The translations under genes and the position numbers were made by a program. The notes below the pieces were generated by a model, which ran no database searches, was not told the origin of the DNA, and saw only the letters and a program-made list of their open reading frames with translations. Positions 8,914 to 18,715 of a stretch of 64,000 bases of DNA are shown here, piece by piece. Position 1 is the first letter of the stretch, and each line of letters opens with the position of its first letter. Source of the DNA: Candidatus Latescibacterota bacterium (GTDB lineage: Bacteria; Latescibacterota; UBA2968; GCA-2709665); assembly GCA_965116875.1 (NCBI GenBank), contig OZ220733.1:4288001-4352000 (forward strand). The letters are read 5' to 3'.

Positions 8914-9942
8914 ATGTCTTTTGGCGTCGCAGTACTCGGAACCGGCCGCATCGGCGGCAGTTACATCGACGTCGTCAAGAAGACGCCCGGCGCAGCCATA
9001 AAGGTAGTCGCCGAGCCCGGCGAGGATGCCTCCGCGCGCTGGCGGAGCCGCCATCCCGATGTTGACTTTGTGGCGGACTACCGGGAGGCCCTGGAGCGCG
9101 ACGACGTGGACGTTGTCATCGGGACCCTTCCGCACTGGCTCCACTACCAGGCCGCGCTGGATGCCGCGGCCGCGGGGAAGCACATCTTCATGGAGAAACC
9201 GCTCGCGGCATGGGCGTGGCAGGCGGAGGAGATGCTGGCCGCGGCCGGGGACAACGGCGTCAAGCTCATGACGGCGCACACGCAACGGTACTTCCCGGCG
9301 GTGAAGGCGATGAAGGACGTGGTGGACCGGGGCGACCTGGGGTGGGTGATCATGGTCTACGATATGTGGCACAAGCCCTACGTCCCTTACAACCGGCCGG
9401 AGTGGATGCTGGACCGCGAACGGGGCGGAGGCATGGGCCAGATGGACGGCACCCACCAGATCGACCGGCTGCTGTGGATTCTCGGGAATGACGTTGCGAC
9501 CGTCTCGGCGCGGCAGGGACAGTTCACGTACCCGAAATCCGAACATCCCGCCATCGATTGCGACGACACGGGCATGTTTTTTATCCGATGGAAGAGCGGG
9601 ATCGTCGCCACGGTCAGCCGCATCGCGTGGGAGCGCGGCGCCACCGAATACGGGGGCGATTGGTTCTTCACACGCGGTATGGCGCGATTCCGGCTGCCGT
9701 ATGGCGGCGGCGATCCGCCCGGGCTGTTCGTCGCCGATTCTGCCGACGGGACCTGGCGGCGCGAATCCGTGCCCGCACGCGACAGCCTGGTGGACGAATT
9801 CACGGATTTTATCGATTCCCTCGAACGGGGCGACGACGATACGCCGATACCGCAGGTTCACGGCCTGAACGTGCTGAAGGTGCTCGAAGCGACCGAAGCA
9901 TCCGCGCGCGTTGGCAGGGAAGTCGAGTTGCGTCTCGAATGA
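8914..9942 (+). CDS. Gfo/Idh/MocA family oxidoreductase
   Basis: VAVLGTGRIG, AGKHIFMEKP, GGG..MDGTHQID. Confidence 0.9.
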   Translation: MSFGVAVLGTGRIGGSYIDVVKKTPGAAIKVVAEPGEDASARWRSRHPDVDFVADYREALERDDVDVVIGTLPHWLHYQAALDAAAAGKHIFMEKPLAAWAWQAEEMLAAAGDNGVKLMTAHTQRYFPAVKAMKDVVDRGDLGWVIMVYDMWHKPYVPYNRPEWMLDRERGGGMGQMDGTHQIDRLLWILGNDVATVSARQGQFTYPKSEHPAIDCDDTGMFFIRWKSGIVATVSRIAWERGATEYGGDWFFTRGMARFRLPYGGGDPPGLFVADSADGTWRRESVPARDSLVDEFTDFIDSLERGDDDTPIPQVHGLNVLKVLEATEASARVGREVELRLE

Positions 9943-9957
9943 AAACCGGAGGACAGG

Positions 9958-10692
9958 ATGGACGACATGCGGACGTTTTTCCAGGAAAACGGCTATTACC
10001 TGGCCAAAGGCGTGTTTTCGCCGGACGAATTGGACGTGCTTGAAGAGGAGTTCGATCGCATTGTCCGGCAGCTCGGCAAAGAGGCCGAGGGCGCGGCGAA
10101 CGATAACGGTGTCATCGGCACCCGCAATGTGCAGCAGTATTCGGGCTTGTGGATGGCGGCCCTGCTCCACGAAAAGTTCCTCGACACGGTCGAACAGTTC
10201 ATCGGTCCCGACATCGTCCTCAACCATTCCACGCTCTTCGAGAAACGGATGACAGCCGGTAAAACGCCGTTCCATATGCACCAGGACTGGAGCTATCTGC
10301 CTACCCGAATGAACACCATGATCGCGGGAATGATCCATATCAGCGAAGCCACGGAAGAGATGGGCTGCCTCAGAGTCTATCCCGGTTCGCACAGCCACGG
10401 CAGAGTGGAGGACTCTACCGCCACGAATGCCTCGTTCCACGAGCGGTTTCCGTTTGAAGGTTCCACGGCGATCGAAGCCGAGCCGGGCGACGTCACGTTC
10501 TTCGACTACTTTATCGTGCATGGGTCGCCGTCCAATCGTTCTGAAACACCGAGGAAGGTGGTGATCGCGCGGTTGTTCTCCGGCAGGGACCGGAAGGAGG
10601 ACATCCACCAGTTCAGCGAAAACCTGGTGTTGCGCGGGTGGAATTACCACACGACGGCCGCAACGGCCAGAAAAACCGTCGTCAAGGCCTGA
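9958..10692 (+). CDS. PhyH-family dioxygenase
   Basis: FFQENGY, HQD (HxD), GCLRVYPGSH, GDV.FF...VHGS..N.S..PR. Confidence 0.9.
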   Translation: MDDMRTFFQENGYYLAKGVFSPDELDVLEEEFDRIVRQLGKEAEGAANDNGVIGTRNVQQYSGLWMAALLHEKFLDTVEQFIGPDIVLNHSTLFEKRMTAGKTPFHMHQDWSYLPTRMNTMIAGMIHISEATEEMGCLRVYPGSHSHGRVEDSTATNASFHERFPFEGSTAIEAEPGDVTFFDYFIVHGSPSNRSETPRKVVIARLFSGRDRKEDIHQFSENLVLRGWNYHTTAATARKTVVKA

Positions 10693-10804
10693 AACGCACG
10701 GCGTCGTGGATAGCCTGCCTGCGCAGCGGTCTGCACTGCAGGCAGGCCCCACCCTCACACCCGTTTCCTGAGCTGCACAGTATACACCTGCAAGGAGGTG
10801 TGAA

Positions 10805-12346
10805 ATGAAGACCGTTATCCTCACATTCGTCGCGCTGCTCCTGCCCGGAACGACTATGGCGAAGGCGACGTTGACGTTGGACGGTGCTTCCACCGACAGT
10901 ACGATCACCATCAATTACGTCGTTCCGGAGTCATCGCACGTCCAGGTAATGGTAGCTTCGATGGGCGTATTTTCTGCACCACAATTCGGTTTCCAACCGC
11001 CCGGGAACTATACAGTTTTACTGGACAAATCCGGATTCCCAACGGGAAGTTATGCCGTCAGATTGATACTGGATCGAGATCGAAAAAAGGTAACCCGGCG
11101 CATCTTCCTTCACAGCGCTTCCGGAAGGCCTGTTACCCGGACCCGAGAAGAAACGGATCTGTACAATCAATCCTTTGTTACGACGTACTTCGATCTAACA
11201 CAAGCCCTCGAACTATGGAATGAGCTCCTCAACAGGTATCCCGATTACGTGGATAGGGGCGAGGCGTTTCTGTATTCAATCGTCGCCAGAATGGCGGTAA
11301 GTGACAGTGTCGACGTCCACGCTGCTGCGGACAGTGCGGCAATGATAGTCCCTCATTCGGGAACATATTACTGGATTGGACGCATGCTGAGCGGACTTGA
11401 GAATCCGGCGGGTTCAGATACGAAATATCCGCAGACTGCGTTGTCGTTTGCAGAGAGAGCCGTGGAACACATTGGGGACGTTCCTGCACCCTACCGGAAT
11501 GATGAGCTCTATGAGTGTCAGTATCTCCGGGGCCACTGCTTGCAACTATTGGGTCGTTACGAGCAGGCATCGGAGGCATACAACGAAGCCATTCGGACTC
11601 TTGACTCGCTAGAGCGTACCGGGGCTCTTTCGGACCTATCGAGAGGCGTACCGGTGTACAGCGGTCTTGCCTCGCTTTACGAAGCGCGAGGCAGGCACAG
11701 GGAGGCGATCGAATCTTACGAAACAGCCATTAGGAGGAAACCCGGGGATCCCAAACTCTGGATGGGTTTGCAGCGCAATTTCAACCTCTTCCACGGGTCA
11801 GACGAGGGCTATGCGGAATACAGCCGGAAACTGGAGGCTGAGATACGTGGCGGCGCGCCGGAAAAACAGGACGACCTTGTTGGCAAGCCGCTTCCCGGAT
11901 TCACGCTGACGCGATTGAGCGGGGACACGTTGACCCTGGAACAGATCAAGGGAAATGTGAGCGTTCTGAACTTCTGGGCGTTCTGGTGCGGGCCCTGCAT
12001 GGCGGAGTTGCCCGTTATCGCCCGACTGGCGAGAGAAACTTCCGGTAGCGGAGTCAAGGTGATCGCCGTTCACACCCCTCTTGAATCGGTTCCAGGCATC
12101 TCAAAAGACCAGGTCCCAAAGCTGGTTCGGAATACCTCCGGCAAGTACGAGGGCACATTCGAAACCGTCTGGGACCGCAAGGAGCAGAGTCTCTATGTGC
12201 AGACCGGGACAAAATCTCTGCCCGTAACGCTGGTTGCGGACAAGGAGGGCATTGTCCGGTACAGGTTGGTCGGCTTCGATCCGGAAAACGCCTACAGAAA
12301 GCTGAAGGCCGTCGTGGATCGCCTGGTGGCGCAGTCGGGGCATTGA
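10805..12346 (+). CDS. Secreted TPR-repeat protein with C-terminal TlpA/ResA-like redoxin domain
   Basis: Signal peptide; TPR-like repeats; LNFWAFWCGPC; N-terminal Ig-like segment. Confidence 0.75.
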   Translation: MKTVILTFVALLLPGTTMAKATLTLDGASTDSTITINYVVPESSHVQVMVASMGVFSAPQFGFQPPGNYTVLLDKSGFPTGSYAVRLILDRDRKKVTRRIFLHSASGRPVTRTREETDLYNQSFVTTYFDLTQALELWNELLNRYPDYVDRGEAFLYSIVARMAVSDSVDVHAAADSAAMIVPHSGTYYWIGRMLSGLENPAGSDTKYPQTALSFAERAVEHIGDVPAPYRNDELYECQYLRGHCLQLLGRYEQASEAYNEAIRTLDSLERTGALSDLSRGVPVYSGLASLYEARGRHREAIESYETAIRRKPGDPKLWMGLQRNFNLFHGSDEGYAEYSRKLEAEIRGGAPEKQDDLVGKPLPGFTLTRLSGDTLTLEQIKGNVSVLNFWAFWCGPCMAELPVIARLARETSGSGVKVIAVHTPLESVPGISKDQVPKLVRNTSGKYEGTFETVWDRKEQSLYVQTGTKSLPVTLVADKEGIVRYRLVGFDPENAYRKLKAVVDRLVAQSGH

Positions 12347-12362
12347 GAACACGACTGTGAGG

Positions 12363-12585
12363 GTGGGGCGAACATTCCTGTCTGCCCGTTTTTGTTGTCA
12401 TCCTGCCGAAACGGAGACAGAAGAATAGCCTGTGCGAACGGCCGGTCGCCCCTGCGGGTGGTTGCGCATTACGGTCGTTGTGGGTTTTGCGTGATGGTGC
12501 GGACGACGGGAAACGGGCAGGTATTCCTGTGGTCCGTTATCTGCCGAAAAGGGCGCGAAGGGGCAGGAATCAAACCTGCCCCTTC
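12363..12585. repeat. Cluster of REP-like palindromes
   Basis: GTGGGGCGAACATTCCTGTCTGCCC (12363), related decayed units near 12411 and 12511, and GAAGGGGCAGG-N7-CCTGCCCCTTC (12557-12585). Confidence 0.5.
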
Positions 12586-12758
12586 TGTCTTGATATCGCG
12601 TTTGGCACTGACGTAACGCGTTGGAGGGGAACCGATTTTCCCGGGAAGCGTTAAAATTCATATGGACTGATCTGTAGACTGTTGTGTCGCCATTCGCGCA
12701 ATGCGTCCGTAACCCGTTTGTAGCGGGTCAATTTCACGGCGTTATGTGCCCGCACGTT

Positions 12759-12785
12759 CCAACTGTCGCATTTTGCGACAGTTGG
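12759..12785. promoter_or_regulatory. Perfect palindrome upstream of the TldD/TldE operon (candidate operator)
   Basis: CCAACTGTCGCA-TTT-TGCGACAGTTGG, 12-bp arms, 35 nt before ATG 12821. Confidence 0.45.
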
Positions 12786-12820
12786 CGTGATTCCGATCGC
12801 CGTTACAGAAAGGCGCGTCA

Positions 12821-14539
12821 ATGAGAACGATTCCGAGGACGATATGCCTATGGCTTTTCTCTACCGCATTTACAGCGGCCGGAGTCGGGGCGGAGACCGC
12901 CTCCCCGCTGCTGCAGGCCATGCGAGAGGAATTGAACCGCTCCGTTGACCTGCTCAAACGGCAGCCGGTCCCGCCCTATTTTCTGAGTTATGAGATCACG
13001 GAAACGCACGAGGTTCGCGTCGAAGCGTCCTTCGGGGCACTGACCCGCGATCGGGAAACGCGCCGTCGTCTGCTGGACATCGATCTGCGTGTGGGTGATT
13101 ACGCCTTCGACAATACGCACCCTGTCAGGGGCCGCATACCCAGTTGGAGCCGTCGGTTTTCAAGGATAGATATCCCGATTGAGAATGATCCCGACGCGAT
13201 TCGCAGCGTCCTTTGGTACCACACCGATAGAAAGTACAAGCGCGCTATCGAGCAGTTGACAACCGTCAAGACGAATGTTCAGGTCAAAGTGGAAGAAGAA
13301 GACCAGTCTGCGGATTTCTCGCGAGAGCCCGCTGAACGGTATATGGAGGAACACGCATCCTTCGATATCTCTCGTGACGAGTGGGTGGCCAGACTCAAGA
13401 AATACACAGCGCCCTTCGCCGGGCACGGTAACATCTACCAGGCTGATGCCAGCCTCACGGCGAATATCTCGACTCGTCAGTACGTCAACAGCGAGGGCAG
13501 CGAGGTCCAGACCTCCCAGGTGCTCTACCGACTCTTTATCTATGCCTTTACAAAGGCTGACGACGGCATGGTGTTGCCGCGTTACGAGTCTTTTTCCGCA
13601 TTCGCTGAGGAGGGCTTACCGGGCGATGACGAGATTCTTGAAATCGTCGAGCGCATGATCGCCGATCTTCAAGCCCTCCGAGACGCCCCGGTCGTAGCAC
13701 CTTATACGGGCCCGGCCATCCTTTCAGGACGCGCAAGCGGCGTCCTGTTCCACGAAATTTTCGGTCATCGCATCGAGGGCCATCGCCAGAAGCGAGAGGA
13801 AGAGGGTCAGACCTTTAAAAAGAAAATAGGCGAGAGGGTACTGCCCGAGACGTTTTCGGTGTATTTCGACCCCGCCACGCGCAACATGGCCGGAAAGGAC
13901 CTGGTTGGCGCCTACGCGTACGACAATCAGGGTGTCAAGGCGCGGCGCGTGGCCGTTGTGGAAAACGGGATCTTCCGCCGCTTCCTCATGTCCCGTTCGC
14001 CGATCGAGGGCTTCCCGAACTCCAACGGACACGGTCGAAAACAGCCGGGCTACAGCCCGGTCGCAAGGCAGTCCAACCTCATTGTGGAGACATCCGAGCC
14101 GCTCAGCCGTGCCAGGCTCAAGGAATTGCTCATCGAGCAATGCCGCAAGGACGGCAAGGACTTCGGCCTTTACTTCGAGGATATTCAGGGGGGATTCACC
14201 ATAACCGGACGCTTTATCCCGAACGCATTTAACGTGCTCCCCATCATGGTCTACCGAATCTACACCGACGGACGAGAAGAACTGGTACGAGGGGTCGATC
14301 TCATTGGAACACCGCTAACCGCCTTCAGCCGGATCGCCGCTGCCGACGATCACATCGATGTTTTCAACGGCAGGTGCGGCGCCGAGTCGGGGCTCGTGCC
14401 CGTGGCCGCGGTTTCCCCGGGCATCTTCATCACACAGATCGAGGTGCAGAAGAAACCGAAGTCCCAGGAGCGGCGCCCAATCCTCGAAGCGCCGCCTTCC
14501 GATACGCCTGACGAAGGCGAAACTGGAGGGTTGCTCTGA
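12821..14539 (+). CDS. TldD-family metallopeptidase with signal peptide
   Basis: LFHEIFGHRIEG (HExxxH), SNGHGR, RQSNL, C-terminal GRCGAESG..PV; hydrophobic N-terminus. Confidence 0.85.
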   Translation: MRTIPRTICLWLFSTAFTAAGVGAETASPLLQAMREELNRSVDLLKRQPVPPYFLSYEITETHEVRVEASFGALTRDRETRRRLLDIDLRVGDYAFDNTHPVRGRIPSWSRRFSRIDIPIENDPDAIRSVLWYHTDRKYKRAIEQLTTVKTNVQVKVEEEDQSADFSREPAERYMEEHASFDISRDEWVARLKKYTAPFAGHGNIYQADASLTANISTRQYVNSEGSEVQTSQVLYRLFIYAFTKADDGMVLPRYESFSAFAEEGLPGDDEILEIVERMIADLQALRDAPVVAPYTGPAILSGRASGVLFHEIFGHRIEGHRQKREEEGQTFKKKIGERVLPETFSVYFDPATRNMAGKDLVGAYAYDNQGVKARRVAVVENGIFRRFLMSRSPIEGFPNSNGHGRKQPGYSPVARQSNLIVETSEPLSRARLKELLIEQCRKDGKDFGLYFEDIQGGFTITGRFIPNAFNVLPIMVYRIYTDGREELVRGVDLIGTPLTAFSRIAAADDHIDVFNGRCGAESGLVPVAAVSPGIFITQIEVQKKPKSQERRPILEAPPSDTPDEGETGGLL

Positions 14540-14568
14540 TTCCCATTTCATGCCCCAGGAGCCATCAC

Positions 14569-16344
14569 ATGCACAGGGTGATTTCCTCCCTTATGATCGC
14601 GGCCGTCGGCCTTCTGGCGGCTCCGGCCGCCCGCGCGGAAGAAAGCATACTGCAACGTGCCCTGCGTGACGAACTGTCGCGCTCGATGAAGGAACTCCAG
14701 CTTGAAGCCCTGGATCGACCGTACTATGTTTCATATCTCGTGCGCGAAATAAAGGCCAGGGTAGCCTCGGCGACCTTCGGCAGTCTGCTGGAGAGCAGGG
14801 AGGTCCACTCGCGCACGCTGAACGTAGAAGTGAGGGTGGGAGATTACGCCCTTGACAATACCAACTTTCGCTCGTTCACCTTCGGCGGATCGGGCGTGGT
14901 CCGTATGCGGGGCGGCCGTGTGACATTGCCCGTGGAAGACAGCTATAGTGAGCTCCGGCGCAAGATCTGGCTGGCCACCGACGGCGCATACAAGACGGCG
15001 CTGGAAGATCTGGCCAAGAAGCGCGCCGTGCTGCAGAACAAGACGCGCACCGAGGAGATACCCGATTTCAGCAGAGAGGCGCCGACAACCGAAGTGTTTG
15101 AGGTGGCGCCGATCGTTGTGAATCTCGACACACTCGAACAGCGAGCGCGCCATCTTTCCGCGCTGTTCCGTGACATGCCCGACGTCTACACATCACGGGT
15201 GCGAATGAGCGGCAATAACATCAGATACGAATACGTGAACAGCGAGGGCACTTCGTTTTCGGTAACAACTTCCGGCGTAGCGTTCACTGCGGTTGCCGCC
15301 ACGCAAGCCCTCGACGGCATGCCCCTCGAAGACTTCGTCGCCGCATACGCCCGAACACCCGAAACCCTGCCTGGCGACGGTGAACTTGCTGACAGGATCG
15401 GTGTTATGGGAAAACGCCTGAGTGCATTGCGTCATGCACCGCTCGTCAATCGCTTTACCGGCCCGGTAATTTTCGTCGGCCAGGCGGCGACGGAACTGTT
15501 CAATCAGGGGTTCTTACCCTACCTGCTGTCGAACCGCCGGGCGTTGCACGACAATCCCGATTACGAAGGCTATTATCCACAAAAGAAGGAGAATCCTTTC
15601 CTTGACAAGATCGGCGTGCGTGTGCTGCCCGAATTCCTGAATGTTCGCGCCGTTCCTCATATCGACACCTACAGAAATCAGCCGTTATTGGGCGCGTATC
15701 GTATAGATGATGAAGGGGTGCGTGCGCGCGAGGTCCAGCTTGTACGGTCCGGCGTACTGGAAAACCTGCTGACGACTCGCACTCCCGTTCGCGGCATCCA
15801 CCGCAGTACCGGAAGCCGTCGCGGTCCCGGGGTCGCGCCGGGCAATATTCTGGTTGAGCCTGATAAGGGATTGAGCGAAGAGCAGATCCGAAAAGAATTC
15901 TACAAACTGATAAGAAGACAGAAAAAAGAATACGGATACATCGTCACACGCATGTCTAATCCGTCGTACAGTGCGTCCGAAGCGCCGGTCGTTGTAACAT
16001 TCGGCGGCTCGGAAAATGGGGGAGCCGGGCTGCAAAACCCGATCGTCATTTACAGGGTCTATCTCGACGGGCGGAGGGAACTGGTTCGAAATGCGGAATT
16101 GGGTGGTACGGGCGCCTATACCTTCAAGGACATCTTCAGGGTATCCAGGACACATGAAGTCAATACGGTAACCTTTCGGTCGGAGGATAATTCCTCGCCG
16201 TTTTCCGGGAGTGGCCGCGGACGTCTGGTTCTTGTAAGTATCGTCACCCCCCGAATGGTCCTGTTCGAGGACATCACGCTGAAGCCGCCCACCGGCGAGA
16301 TTCCCAGGGCGCCGGTTTCCCCGCATCCCTATTTCGGCGGGTGA
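14569..16344 (+). CDS. TldE/PmbA-like non-catalytic partner with signal peptide
   Basis: Paralogous to upstream gene (VRVGDYALDNT, DDEGV, DGRRELVR); lacks HExxxH; ARA signal cleavage site. Confidence 0.8.
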   Translation: MHRVISSLMIAAVGLLAAPAARAEESILQRALRDELSRSMKELQLEALDRPYYVSYLVREIKARVASATFGSLLESREVHSRTLNVEVRVGDYALDNTNFRSFTFGGSGVVRMRGGRVTLPVEDSYSELRRKIWLATDGAYKTALEDLAKKRAVLQNKTRTEEIPDFSREAPTTEVFEVAPIVVNLDTLEQRARHLSALFRDMPDVYTSRVRMSGNNIRYEYVNSEGTSFSVTTSGVAFTAVAATQALDGMPLEDFVAAYARTPETLPGDGELADRIGVMGKRLSALRHAPLVNRFTGPVIFVGQAATELFNQGFLPYLLSNRRALHDNPDYEGYYPQKKENPFLDKIGVRVLPEFLNVRAVPHIDTYRNQPLLGAYRIDDEGVRAREVQLVRSGVLENLLTTRTPVRGIHRSTGSRRGPGVAPGNILVEPDKGLSEEQIRKEFYKLIRRQKKEYGYIVTRMSNPSYSASEAPVVVTFGGSENGGAGLQNPIVIYRVYLDGRRELVRNAELGGTGAYTFKDIFRVSRTHEVNTVTFRSEDNSSPFSGSGRGRLVLVSIVTPRMVLFEDITLKPPTGEIPRAPVSPHPYFGG

Positions 16345-16386
16345 GCCCAGGGCGCTCCGCGACGGGCGCCAAACTCCGGTTTCGGT

Positions 16387-17391
16387 TCATACGCCGGTGA
16401 ACGCTTTGGCCTTGTCCTCATTTCCTGACGGCCGCCTCGTGCGCTTGCCGCGCAACTCGCCCCACAGCGCGATCGCGATCCCCGTGAGGATGATGCCGCC
16501 GCCGATGAGTTGCGCGGGCATGGGGACCTCGCCCAGGATGAGCCCCGCGAAGAGTACGCCGGCAACCGGCGAGAAGGAGGAAGCGGTGGCGATGTCGGCG
16601 GGGCGCACGCGTTTGATGCCGGCAAACCACGCCAACTGCCCGCAGGCCACCACAACGCCCCCGTAAAGGCCCATCCAGCCCCACAGCACCGGTGTGAAGA
16701 CGTCGGCGAAGTGCTCGACTCCGAACAAATAGAGTCCAATGCCCAGGAAGAGGAATGCACCCAACAGGTTTCTGTAGACGCTGAAAATACCCAGAGGGAT
16801 CGTCTGCAGCTGCTTTCGGCCGATTTCCGCGCCGCACACCAGAAGTACGGTCGCGGCCGCAGCGAAGACCTCACCGCTGCCCACGCCGCCCCGCATTCGC
16901 GCCGCCGCCATGCTTTCCGGGGACGCGTCCGTCTGGAGCACAAGCGTTGCCGCGACGCCGCCGACCGCGCACAACGCGCCGAATACTGCCGCTCCGCTCG
17001 ATTTCTCACGATAAAACATCCAGGCCAGCAACAGGACGAGCGGGATTTCGATCGTCTCGATCAGGACGATGTTGGTGACCGAAGTGCGCGAAATGGCCGT
17101 AAACATCATGGCAGGCGCGACCGCGCCCGACGTTAGCGCCAGTACGGTCTGGACCATCCACTGGCGGCGCGACAGCCTTCGCAGGCGGGACGGGCGCCAT
17201 TCCCGTTGATTGAGGGCGAACAGGGTCAACGCCGCGACAAGGTTTCCGGCAAAGAGGAGGTTGCAGAAGGAGATCGGGTTGCGCCCGTCGATCAGATGCG
17301 ACTGACCGATTTCCACCAGGCGCGCCACCACCGATGCGGCGGCGGCGAAGATCAGAATCGCAATCCACAGGTAGATTCTTCCCCAGGTCAT
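16387..17391 (-). CDS. DMT/EamA-family transporter
   Basis: About 10 TM helices; two EamA repeats (PVAGVLFAGLILGE..QLIGG.IIL.G). Confidence 0.85.
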   Translation of the reverse strand: MTWGRIYLWIAILIFAAAASVVARLVEIGQSHLIDGRNPISFCNLLFAGNLVAALTLFALNQREWRPSRLRRLSRRQWMVQTVLALTSGAVAPAMMFTAISRTSVTNIVLIETIEIPLVLLLAWMFYREKSSGAAVFGALCAVGGVAATLVLQTDASPESMAAARMRGGVGSGEVFAAAATVLLVCGAEIGRKQLQTIPLGIFSVYRNLLGAFLFLGIGLYLFGVEHFADVFTPVLWGWMGLYGGVVVACGQLAWFAGIKRVRPADIATASSFSPVAGVLFAGLILGEVPMPAQLIGGGIILTGIAIALWGELRGKRTRRPSGNEDKAKAFTGV

Positions 17392-17609
17392 CGGTCCTCC
17401 TTCGCGGCGGGTACCCTTATCCCGTATCGCGCGCGATCACGTTCGCATCGCGTATGAGCTGTACGCGCATATTCCATTTTGATCTCCCGCTTGACGCGGG
17501 TGAATCCGGGCGCTTTATTGTACCCAATACCGCGTAACCACGCAATTGCGCAATTCCACCTCCGGACAACCGAAGCCACGTGTCGATCTGTATCTCGAAA
17601 AGGAGAAAG

Positions 17610-17993
17610 ATGAACGGGACACCCTCCGCGGAACTGACAGGCATGAGCCCGCAATTCCTGGTGGCCGATCTGGACCGGTCGATCGGATTCTATACCGAAC
17701 GACTCGGGTTCGACCTGGACTTCCGGTACGAGCATTTCTACGCGGGAATCGTGCGGGACGGTCACTCCATCCATCTCAAGCTCGCCGACGCGCCGTGCGA
17801 CGAGAGGGAATTCCGCCGGAAGAACGAGCACCTGGACGTCACGTTTACGGTGGACGATATCCAAACCGCGTACGCGGACGCGCATAGCAAGTCCGCACCG
17901 GTCATTCAGCCGCTCCGGGAGATGCCCTACGGCCACGAATTCTACGTCTCGGATCCCGACGGGTATATTCTCGCCTTTGTCCAAACGAAATAG
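17610..17993 (+). CDS. VOC/bleomycin-resistance family protein
   Basis: VADLDRSIGFYTERLGF...PYG..EFYVSDPDGY.L.F; AGGAG RBS. Confidence 0.88.
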   Translation: MNGTPSAELTGMSPQFLVADLDRSIGFYTERLGFDLDFRYEHFYAGIVRDGHSIHLKLADAPCDEREFRRKNEHLDVTFTVDDIQTAYADAHSKSAPVIQPLREMPYGHEFYVSDPDGYILAFVQTK

Positions 17994-18053
17994 CGCAGGC
18001 CGTGAAGATGGCGTAACGGAACAAGGAAGGGCTTCGGACGGTTGACGTCGAAC

Positions 18054-18098
18054 TTGACATCGTCACCGAATGTTTGTATACGTATAATACACGTATAC
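18054..18098 (+). promoter_or_regulatory. Toxin-antitoxin promoter/operator
   Basis: TTGACA (18054) and TATAAT (18083); 8-bp inverted repeat GTATACGT-N7-ACGTATAC (18076-18098) overlaps the -10. Confidence 0.6.
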
Positions 18099-18133
18099 TT
18101 GTTTGCCGTACCGTCAGAAACGGGGAAATACAT

Positions 18134-18364
18134 ATGCGCAAAAAACTGACCATCACCATTGATGAAGAAGTGTATGAAGGCCTGCATCAGAACATCGGCC
18201 GACGCCGCATCAGCCGCTTCGTAGAATCGCTGGTCCGCCCGCACGTGCTTCAACCGGACCTGGAGCAGGCATACGCGGAGATGGCGATGGACGACGAGCG
18301 GGAAGCCGAGGCCGCGGAATGGGCGGAAGAGACCGTGGGGGACACATCCGATGCGCCGGGGTGA
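18134..18364 (+). CDS. Antitoxin (RHH/CopG-like N-terminus, acidic C-terminus)
   Basis: MRKKLTITIDEEVY...ISRFVE; acidic tail YAEMAMDDERE.EA.EW.E; overlaps toxin start. Confidence 0.85.
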   Translation: MRKKLTITIDEEVYEGLHQNIGRRRISRFVESLVRPHVLQPDLEQAYAEMAMDDEREAEAAEWAEETVGDTSDAPG

Positions 18365-18671
18365 AGTATGGTGGGTGAATTTCAACCCGTCGGCCGGCGG
18401 TGAAGTACGCAAGAGGCGCCCCGCGATCATCGTGAGTAACGACGCATCCAACAGGCATTTGAATCGTGTTCAGGCTGTGCCGTTAACGAGTAATCTCGAT
18501 CGCCTCTATCCCAGTGAAGCCTATGTATCTGTACGTGCAGAAAGACGCAAGGCGATGGCCGATCAGTTGACAACGGTAAGCAAACACCGATTGAGCACGC
18601 TTCACGGGCGTATCTCCGACTCGGATATGGAAAACGTGGAGCGTGCCATAAGGATTCAGTTGGGCCTGTAA
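18351..18671 (+). CDS. mazF: MazF/PemK endoribonuclease toxin
   Basis: MRRGEVWWVNFNP..G.E..KRRPAIIVSND..N, VPLTS, DQL.TVSK.RL. Confidence 0.92.
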   Translation: MRRGEVWWVNFNPSAGGEVRKRRPAIIVSNDASNRHLNRVQAVPLTSNLDRLYPSEAYVSVRAERRKAMADQLTTVSKHRLSTLHGRISDSDMENVERAIRIQLGL

Positions 18672-18715
18672 CGTCCGCAATCCGATGAAACCTTCAAAGG
18701 GGGAAGTCTGATAAG

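Noticed and set aside
10713-10747. GCCTGCCTGC/GCAGGCAGGC hairpin
   Set aside because: Single copy here; adequately explained as a terminator or stabilising hairpin after the PhyH gene.
8707-10914. 735-aa minus-strand ORF, and similar long shadow ORFs such as 56265..58073, 18656..20152 and 20094..21518
   Set aside because: Antisense shadows of clear genes, expected in high-GC DNA; no motifs.
12602-12620. TGGCAC as a sigma54 -24 box (also at 60602)
   Set aside because: No TTGC at the -12 position.
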